Source: a virus. Taken from it: 56,872 bases of DNA. Position numbers and translations under genes: made by a program. Shown piece by piece: positions 50,828 to 56,872 of this stretch (position 1 is its first letter; every line of letters starts with the position of its first letter). The DNA is taken from positions 1-56,872 of IMG/VR virus record IMGVR_UViG_3300045988_079972; one strand, written 5' to 3'. The notes beneath the pieces are model-generated. The model was given only the letters and a program-made list of their open reading frames with translations, did not search any database and had not been told where the DNA came from.

Positions 50828-51310
50828 ATGATTTTTAGTAATTTATATCCAACAAATAAAGATGGATTTGATTCTTTGATTAAGAAAATTAAAAAAGAAA
50901 AAACATTAGACATATTAGTTTCTTCATTTGAGAGTTTTTGCACAGGCTATTCTTGCAAGCCCGACAGAGAAGAATATCCTTATCCAAGAGGAACTGATAT
51001 TATTGATGAATATGAATCTGTTAAATGGAACAGAGAAGAGGTTCGAAGATTAAGAAGAGCTTTTGAAAATAGAGCTGAGGAGCTTACCCGATATAAAAAT
51101 CTGATTTCTAGTGCTTTTGAAGGTAAAATTATTGAAATCTTAGCAAGTGATAACAGCATATCAATAGAGGAGAGTCGGAAAATATGGAACTACGCTTATT
51201 CAGAAGGGCACAGTTGTGGGATAAGAAATGTTATTTCCTACTACGAAGAATTTGTTAGCGTATATGCTGATTTATTAAAAATCAGAAAGGAGCAGAAATG
51301 GAGAGATTAA
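50828..51310 (+). CDS. Hypothetical protein
   Basis: 160 aa, RBS aaaggagattatATG. Confidence 0.6.
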   Translation: MIFSNLYPTNKDGFDSLIKKIKKEKTLDILVSSFESFCTGYSCKPDREEYPYPRGTDIIDEYESVKWNREEVRRLRRAFENRAEELTRYKNLISSAFEGKIIEILASDNSISIEESRKIWNYAYSEGHSCGIRNVISYYEEFVSVYADLLKIRKEQKWRD

Positions 51311-51729
51311 CAAACAGAGAATATGAAGAAATTTCTTGCACAGGCAGAGAAATACCATGCAGTTCATTTTGTAATAACTGTTCTCAGGGTACAGGTAATT
51401 GCGAGATTGTAAAAAGAATGGTTGAGAAGTTAGCTGAATACGAGGACTTAGAAGAACAAGGCAGACTTCTGAAACTGCCTTGTAAGGTAGGAGATACAAT
51501 ATATGCTGTTGGCGAAATAGTAAAAGAATACAAAGTAATAAGCGTGGGTTATCATAGCGATAAAGCAACTAACAGAATCAAATTTTGCATTGAAACATTG
51601 CCTGTCAATGGCTCAAGAGTAGTTGCGGCTTTTTATGACAAGGAATTTGGAAAGAATGTATTTCTCACAAAATCCGAAGCAGAAGCAAAACTGGAAGAAT
51701 TGAGAGGTAATCAGAATGGAAAAGTATAA
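51298..51729 (+). CDS. Hypothetical protein
   Basis: 143 aa. Confidence 0.55.
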   Translation: MERLTNREYEEISCTGREIPCSSFCNNCSQGTGNCEIVKRMVEKLAEYEDLEEQGRLLKLPCKVGDTIYAVGEIVKEYKVISVGYHSDKATNRIKFCIETLPVNGSRVVAAFYDKEFGKNVFLTKSEAEAKLEELRGNQNGKV

Positions 51730-51943
51730 ATGTATTAAAGAATTTTATGTTTCAAAATATGACGAGAACGACAGCCCTACTGACGAATATATAACAATTC
51801 ACAAAGGGAGTATATACGAGTACACAGAGGGCTATATAGGTGAATCGGATATACGATTGTATTTAGAAGATGGAGACGATGACTGTGGTTATCTCGATAT
51901 TTCCTATGAAACATTAGAAAAGTATTTTGAAAGGATTGCATAA
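51716..51943 (+). CDS. Hypothetical acidic protein
   Basis: 75 aa. Confidence 0.55.
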   Translation: MEKYKCIKEFYVSKYDENDSPTDEYITIHKGSIYEYTEGYIGESDIRLYLEDGDDDCGYLDISYETLEKYFERIA

Positions 51944-51962
51944 AAACAGAAAGAATTGAGAG

Positions 51963-52406
51963 GTGAAAGTATTGAGAACAGCTGAAAATAATATCATTTC
52001 ATTTAAAGTTTTGAAAATTGAAAAAGGTAGGGATAAACTGTGCAAATGCGACCCACCACATTACGAAATTGATACCGTAAACAGAATTATAACTTGCTCA
52101 GATTGCGGTGCTGTAATAGACCCTTTTGAAGCATTAGTAACACTTTGTAGGTATGAAGATAAATTTACAGAATATCAGGAAAAAGCATTTGAAAGGGCAA
52201 AAGTATATGCAGAAATGGCGGATAAAGAATACCGCAGGAGAATAAAAAATGCTGTATTTAAAAATATGGACAGTAATTATCGAAAAGATTTATATCCAAT
52301 TTGTCCTGAGTGTAAAAAAATAATAAATCCTATAGAAATTACAAATTATGCAAACAAGAGGTTTTATGATGAATTGAGAGGTGGAGAAAATGGCTCAATG
52401 GAATAA
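51963..52406 (+). CDS. Zn-ribbon protein
   Basis: 147 aa; CKCDPP...CSDCGAV and CPECKKI; GTG/TTG start uncertain. Confidence 0.5.
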   Translation: MKVLRTAENNIISFKVLKIEKGRDKLCKCDPPHYEIDTVNRIITCSDCGAVIDPFEALVTLCRYEDKFTEYQEKAFERAKVYAEMADKEYRRRIKNAVFKNMDSNYRKDLYPICPECKKIINPIEITNYANKRFYDELRGGENGSME

Positions 52407-52761
52407 AAATACGGTGCCAAAATGTAAGATTAAAAATTGTTCAGATGAAGTTTTGGCAACGGTAGAACACACAGGATATGGTGGAAAACTTTATAGGAGA
52501 GTGGTTAAGGCGGTTTACTTTCCATATCATCATTGCACTGTTGAAGATATGGGACGGAATATGCGTGATGGTGTTTTTGATGATTGGGAATATTGTGAAG
52601 AGGATGATTCATATTGGATTCCGCAAGGTTGGTATGAAGTATGCGATTACTTTGAGGACTATTCCTATTCGCAAATTACAGATTGCGTAAAAGCTTGGAT
52701 GAAGTTACCTAAACCATATGAACCAAGAGTTAAAGAGTTTGGAGGTGGAGAAGATGAGTGA
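52390..52761 (+). CDS. Hypothetical protein
   Basis: Start refined to ATG 52390 (RBS ggtggag). Confidence 0.55.
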   Translation: MAQWNKNTVPKCKIKNCSDEVLATVEHTGYGGKLYRRVVKAVYFPYHHCTVEDMGRNMRDGVFDDWEYCEEDDSYWIPQGWYEVCDYFEDYSYSQITDCVKAWMKLPKPYEPRVKEFGGGEDE

Positions 52762-53179
52762 TAAACAGAGCAATCTCACAGACAAAGAAATGGAAGATTT
52801 ACAGAGCATAGTAACTGACACATTAGCAAGTGTATGTGCTATGGCAGATAAGCACAACATCGACAGAGATAGTATGCTGAAATACTTTGCTGATATGCTC
52901 ACAGCTTTTGCAAAAGCGGCAAGCATACAGAATTATGAAACTAACCACACTTGCAACTGCAAGCACAACAGCAATTTAAGAGATAATGAACCTTGTTGCA
53001 GATGTGATAGCAGACAGACCCATGCTAACAGGATAAGGAATATGTCGGATGAAGAGTTAGCAGAATGGATTAATACAAAAAATACATGCGACCAATGTGC
53101 CTACGAACCGGACAGGTTATGCATGAAAGAAACTTGTGCAAATGGCGTATTACAATGGCTTCAATCAGAAGCGGAATAG
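52754..53179 (+). CDS. Hypothetical Cys-rich protein
   Basis: Start ATG 52754 (RBS ggaggtggag). Confidence 0.55.
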   Translation: MSDKQSNLTDKEMEDLQSIVTDTLASVCAMADKHNIDRDSMLKYFADMLTAFAKAASIQNYETNHTCNCKHNSNLRDNEPCCRCDSRQTHANRIRNMSDEELAEWINTKNTCDQCAYEPDRLCMKETCANGVLQWLQSEAE

Positions 53180-53187
53180 GAGAGAAT

Positions 53188-53514
53188 ATGGAAGAAAAAG
53201 CAAATGTGGAAATAAAAAAAGCGATAGATAGTTTAGAATTTTTAATTGACGAGGATTGTTCTGATACACAGTTTGACTATATCGAAGAAATTGAAAGTGC
53301 AATCAAGGCACTTACAGAACTTCAACAGTACCACGCAATCGGCACACCGGAAGAGTGCCGGACGGCGAGAGAAAAGCAGATACCTAAGAAACCCGATTTT
53401 ACAGAAGATAAGGAGTTTGCTTTATGTCCTTGTTGTAATGGTAATGGATTAGCTGATAAGCAGGAATATTGTGATAATTGCGGTCAGAAATTAGATTGGA
53501 GCGGTGAAGAATGA
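53188..53514 (+). CDS. Hypothetical protein with C-terminal Zn ribbon
   Basis: Start ATG 53188; CPCCNGNG...CDNCGQKL. Confidence 0.55.
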   Translation: MEEKANVEIKKAIDSLEFLIDEDCSDTQFDYIEEIESAIKALTELQQYHAIGTPEECRTAREKQIPKKPDFTEDKEFALCPCCNGNGLADKQEYCDNCGQKLDWSGEE

Positions 53515-53738
53515 GCGAAGAACTTAAACCATGCCCGTTCTGTGGACACAGTATAGATATTGAAAAAGATGTGTATGAACCGAGTAGGGATTGGCACCCG
53601 ACATTTATTGACCCAGATAGTGGTGGCGACCCCATTAACATTCATTGCGAATGTGGTTTAGAGTTTTGCACTGGTACATATAACTGGGGCGAATTTGTAG
53701 AAGCATGGAACAGGAGGGTGAACGATGAGACTGATTGA
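53511..53738 (+). CDS. Lar-family restriction-alleviation-like protein
   Basis: LKPCPFCGHS...IHCECGLEF...EFVEAWNRR. Confidence 0.6.
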   Translation: MSEELKPCPFCGHSIDIEKDVYEPSRDWHPTFIDPDSGGDPINIHCECGLEFCTGTYNWGEFVEAWNRRVNDETD

Positions 53739-53994
53739 TGCAGATAATATTTACAATGTTGGAAATTTCGTCATATTGGATGAAGATGGTAATGCTTATG
53801 TATCACTTGCTGATTTATGTAAAATAATTGATATTCAACCGACCGCCTATGATGTAGATAAGGTTGTAGAGGAATTGGAGGGTGCAATGTGGCTTACAAC
53901 AAATGATGATGGAGAAACCAATAAATTATCTATTCAAGTTGTTTCGTTTGATGATGCAATCGAGATAATAAAGGCAGGTAGTAAGGATGAATAA
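53725..53994 (+). CDS. Hypothetical protein
   Basis: 89 aa. Confidence 0.55.
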   Translation: MRLIDADNIYNVGNFVILDEDGNAYVSLADLCKIIDIQPTAYDVDKVVEELEGAMWLTTNDDGETNKLSIQVVSFDDAIEIIKAGSKDE

Positions 53995-54035
53995 TGAGCA
54001 GTTAAAAAATAAGAATTTAGCGAGGTGATTATACA

Positions 54036-54176
54036 ATGAATGATTGCAAAGGATGTAAATATGAGAACATCACAGATATAGAGATATGTTTAGAATTTTG
54101 TACAAATTGTAAAAGAGCCTATTCTAATGAAGAAGATAGAGAATTTCACGAAGATAAGTATGAGATTGCAGACTAA
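54036..54176 (+). CDS. Cys-rich miniprotein (46 aa)
   Basis: Hand-translated MNDCKGCKYEN...CLEFCTNCKRAY; RBS gcgaggtgattatacaATG. Confidence 0.4.
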   Translation: MNDCKGCKYENITDIEICLEFCTNCKRAYSNEEDREFHEDKYEIAD

Positions 54177-54240
54177 GCTAAAACTAAGAAAGGAGTAAGA
54201 GTTTTGTGCACAGTAAAAACCGGTTTTACTCCATAAAATT

Positions 54241-54897
54241 ATGTATAGCGAGAATAAAAAGAAGTGGCTTAAAGAGCGTTATCGTCAAAGAAAAGAACAT
54301 AGCTTATGTACCAAGTGCGGTAAACCTGCAATGACAAACAAAACTCTATGCAAGGAATGTGCCGAAAAAAGAAAGAAGAAATATCGAGAAGATAGAGAAT
54401 TTTTCAAAGCACAGGGATTGTGCCCAAAATGCGGCAAAAGCAAATTATTTGGCAGTGAAAAAACTTGTCCTGAGTGTTTAGCGTATGCTGAAAAAGTAAA
54501 TGCTAAACACGCAAATAAAGTAGCTGGTAGTAAAGAAGCATATTATAAACAGCTTTATCAAAAAGCAAGACAGCGTTACGATGAGCAAAATCTTTGCGTA
54601 ATGTGTAAAATAAGACAGCGTGCAGAGGGACATATACACTGTGAAGAATGTCTCGAGAAAAGACGCAAGAAAGGCAGAGAAATACGAAAACAGCAAGAAA
54701 AAGTAGGTATAACAAGAAGCGAAAGACCAGCTTACGGACTTTGCTATCGCTGCGGAAACCCACTTGATAGAGACGGGAAGTTGTGCGTAAAGTGTGCAAC
54801 AAAAGCTGTAAGCTGTTTACCTAAATTTAGAAATACAGATGTATGGAAAAAGAATAACAATCTATTATTTGGAGGTAAGCAAGATGATAAAATTTGA
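54241..54897 (+). CDS. Protein with four CxxC(G)...CxxC zinc-ribbon repeats separated by basic helices
   Basis: CTKCGKPAMTNKTLCKEC / CPKCGKSKLFGSEKTCPEC / CVMCKIRQRAEGHIHCEEC / CYRCGNPLDRDGKLCVKC. Confidence 0.6.
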   Translation: MYSENKKKWLKERYRQRKEHSLCTKCGKPAMTNKTLCKECAEKRKKKYREDREFFKAQGLCPKCGKSKLFGSEKTCPECLAYAEKVNAKHANKVAGSKEAYYKQLYQKARQRYDEQNLCVMCKIRQRAEGHIHCEECLEKRRKKGREIRKQQEKVGITRSERPAYGLCYRCGNPLDRDGKLCVKCATKAVSCLPKFRNTDVWKKNNNLLFGGKQDDKI

Positions 54898-55078
54898 AAG
54901 TGAATGTATTGACTGCCCCAACGAAATAGGTTGCCTTGGGGATAATTGCCCGAAACGCAATATACCTCACTTTATATGCGATTGTTGTGGTGAAGATGTA
55001 GAAGAATTGTACGGATATGACGGAGAGCAGTTGTGTAAAGACTGCTTGCTTGATGCAGTACCAAAAGTAGAAATATAG
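54884..55078 (+). CDS. Cys-rich miniprotein
   Basis: Start ATG 54884 (RBS ggaggtaagcaag); CIDCPNEIGCLGDNCP...CDCCGED...CKDC. Confidence 0.55.
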   Translation: MIKFESECIDCPNEIGCLGDNCPKRNIPHFICDCCGEDVEELYGYDGEQLCKDCLLDAVPKVEI

Positions 55079-55090
55079 GAGAAATGGCTT

Positions 55091-55300
55091 ATGAAGTTTT
55101 CAGAACTTACTAAGCCGGAACTTGATGAAATTTTAGAAAACGCCAATTTTACAGAGGAAGAAGAGAATATATTTACAATGCTTGCAAGAGGAAAAACACT
55201 TACAGAAGTTGCACAAAGAAATATGATATGTGAACGAACTGTACAGAGAAAAGTTGACAAGATAAAAGTAAAGATTGAAAAATTGGAGGTTTTGAAATGA
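55091..55300 (+). CDS. Small sigma-70 region-4 / LuxR-type HTH regulator
   Basis: 69 aa; NIFTMLARGKTLTEVAQRNMICERTVQRKVDKIKVKI. Confidence 0.6.
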   Translation: MKFSELTKPELDEILENANFTEEEENIFTMLARGKTLTEVAQRNMICERTVQRKVDKIKVKIEKLEVLK

Positions 55301-55392
55301 TTAAAATAACAATAAATGGAAACGAGATAAAAGCAGAGGATGTAACTTTATCTGCCGATATTGTAAAAATCATAACATCATGCCTTGATTGA
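55297..55392 (+). CDS. Hypothetical 31-aa peptide
   Basis: ATG overlaps the upstream TGA; RBS ttggaggttttgaa. Confidence 0.3.
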   Translation: MIKITINGNEIKAEDVTLSADIVKIITSCLD

Positions 55393-55417
55393 CATTGTGT
55401 TTTAAAAAGGTTAGAAT
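55389..55417 (+). promoter_or_regulatory. Integrase promoter
   Basis: TTGACA(55389-55394), 17 nt, TAGAAT(55412-55417). Confidence 0.6.
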
Positions 55418-55454
55418 GTGTCGTAAGTACGATAAATGCGGCACATTCTTTTTA
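55413..55454 (+). terminator. Terminator-like hairpin whose 5' arm overlaps the int promoter -10
   Basis: 11-bp stem AGAATGTGTCG(55413-55423)/CGGCACATTCT(55439-55449), 15-nt loop, then tttt. Confidence 0.55.
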
Positions 55455-55474
55455 TATAAAAGGAGGATTTGAAG

Positions 55475-56848
55475 ATGGAATGTGTTGCGTACATGAGAGT
55501 ATCGACAGAAAAACAAGCAGAAGATGGAAACGGGCTGGAAAGTCAAAAAAGAGATATTGATAATTACTGCAATAAGAACGGTTATATAATCAGTGATTAC
55601 TATATTGACGATGGCTATACAGGAGCAAACATGGATAGACCGGAATTACAACGGCTTATTAGTGATTGCGTTGCAAAAAGAATAAAATGTGTAGTTGCTT
55701 TTAAATTAGACAGGTTGTCACGAAGCATGGTTGATGGAATATATATCATCGAACGAGTGTTTCAAGCAAACAACATCTTGTTTAAATGTGTGCATGACAG
55801 TATAAGCTACGACAGTCCGATGGAGCAAGCATATACTCAGATGATGGCAGTTTTTGCACAGCTTGATAAAAATACAATGATGTTGCGTATGCGTGGCGGT
55901 ATGTTGGAAAGAGTAAAGCAAGGCTACTGGATGGGTGGTGGTAACACTCCTTATTGTTATAAGTATGATAAGGAAAAAGGAATTTTAGTACCTATACCTG
56001 AACGGAAAGAGCAGGCAAATCAAGCATTAGATTTGTTTATTGACGGCTATTCGGATGTTGCAATTAAAAAAATGCTTAATTTTACGCATGAGCATACTGT
56101 TAAAATGGTTTTAACAAGTCCAGTAAACATCGGCATGATACCATATAAGGGCAATTTATATAAAGGTTTGCATGAGCCTATTTTTGATAAAGATAGATTT
56201 CAGCTTGCACAGGAAGCGAGGAAAAACAGAAGAAAAAAGAAAACAGTTAGCCTTAACAAAGAACCAAATTTATTGACAGGTTTATGTTATTGCGGTGTGT
56301 GTGGATGTAAAATGCGTTATCAAAAATGGGGAAGTGAATCTGATGCACCTAAAAAAATTTACTGTTGCTCACGAAACAAAGATTTATTTTATTTGCCGAA
56401 TTACAATAAAGACTGCGATAATTCAATAGAATGGGCTACCGACATTGAAAAACAAGTCGAAGCTGAGATAATAAAAATATCTTTAAATTTGTCATCGCAA
56501 AAACCAATCGCAAAGCAGAGTAAAATTGATATAATACAGTCGCAAATCAAAAAGGAAAAATATCGCCGCAAAAGGCTTTTTAATCTTTACGCAGATGGAA
56601 ATGACGATGTTTTGAATATAATAAAACAGTCAGACGATACTATCAGTAGTTTAAAAGAACAACTTGAAATTGAATTATTAAGTAAAGAAGCAAATAAAAA
56701 GAAAAGTATTGCCTATGAGAACATCAAAAAAATTGCCGATGTTTGGGACAGCATCGACAAAAGAAATAAAAATATGATACTTAAAACTATAATTGACAAG
56801 ATAATAATTGTCAATGGAGATATTGAGATACAATTAAAGAATTTTTAG
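55475..56848 (+). CDS. int: Large serine recombinase (integrase)
   Basis: Start ATG 55475 (RBS aaaggagga); AYMRVSTEKQ catalytic Ser motif, DRLSRS, recombinase domain, Zn ribbon CYCGVCGCKM, C-terminal coiled coil. Confidence 0.9.
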   Translation: MECVAYMRVSTEKQAEDGNGLESQKRDIDNYCNKNGYIISDYYIDDGYTGANMDRPELQRLISDCVAKRIKCVVAFKLDRLSRSMVDGIYIIERVFQANNILFKCVHDSISYDSPMEQAYTQMMAVFAQLDKNTMMLRMRGGMLERVKQGYWMGGGNTPYCYKYDKEKGILVPIPERKEQANQALDLFIDGYSDVAIKKMLNFTHEHTVKMVLTSPVNIGMIPYKGNLYKGLHEPIFDKDRFQLAQEARKNRRKKKTVSLNKEPNLLTGLCYCGVCGCKMRYQKWGSESDAPKKIYCCSRNKDLFYLPNYNKDCDNSIEWATDIEKQVEAEIIKISLNLSSQKPIAKQSKIDIIQSQIKKEKYRRKRLFNLYADGNDDVLNIIKQSDDTISSLKEQLEIELLSKEANKKKSIAYENIKKIADVWDSIDKRNKNMILKTIIDKIIIVNGDIEIQLKNF

Positions 56849-56872
56849 CACATACTACACGCCATGCCGATG
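56818..56872. repeat. Terminal direct repeat copy B (identical to 1-55)
   Basis: Exact 55/55 match to the window start. Confidence 0.95.

Noticed and set aside
1-56872. Alternative genetic code or stop-codon recoding, suggested by the phage-encoded tRNAs
   Set aside because: All large genes (terL, portal, capsid, the 1781-aa tape measure, int) are intact in the standard code. I could also fold no suppressor anticodon (CTA, TTA or TCA) in any tRNA.

Overview
The window is one complete, circularly closed genome of a temperate siphovirus-like phage. The unique length is about 56,817 bp, and bases 1-55 are repeated exactly at 56818-56872. The AT-rich sequence and strong GGAGG-type ribosome-binding sites suggest a low-GC Bacillota host, possibly a spore former, but this is inference. 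No search was run, so all family names come from motif recognition by eye. Layout on the + strand unless noted: (1) a large serine recombinase (55475-56848), with a candidate attP palindrome just after its stop codon. (2) An accessory block (325-6571) encoding low-complexity Gln/Asn/Tyr/Gly/Cys-rich proteins, a C1q/BclA-C-like protein, an RHH regulator, two Zn-ribbon AP2/HNH-like paralogues, an HExxH protein and a DUF4417 moron. (3) A leftward operon of seven tiny ORFs (6789-8556, minus strand), divergent from an RHH gene that is bracketed by a duplicated promoter/operator cassette, followed by a very acidic protein. (4) A 650-bp AT-rich iteron region. (5) terS (10226-10873), separated from terL (16031-17764) by a 5.1-kb insert. 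The insert carries MazG, a tRNA island and a string of Zn-ribbon miniproteins. The island has four canonical tRNAs (Gln, Asn, Tyr, Ser) plus several aberrant tRNA-like RNAs and acceptor/T-arm minihelices. (6) Portal, scaffold, capsid, connector, tail, a 1781-aa tape measure and fibre genes (18576-38610). Holin-like genes and the amidase sit inside this structural module, and a secreted Cys-repeat/Big_2 moron lies after the tape measure. (7) A CI/Cro-type switch (38955-39674), antirepressor, exonuclease/SSAP/RusA recombination genes, replisome organiser and G39P-like loader, many small Cys-rich early proteins, a Lar-like protein and small sigma-r4-like regulators. The most unusual signals are: the tRNA-like and minihelix RNAs; the RHH/TGCACATAT operator array controlling the small-ORF operon (an anti-defence-like architecture); the spore-surface-like cargo; and several promoter/terminator arrangements.
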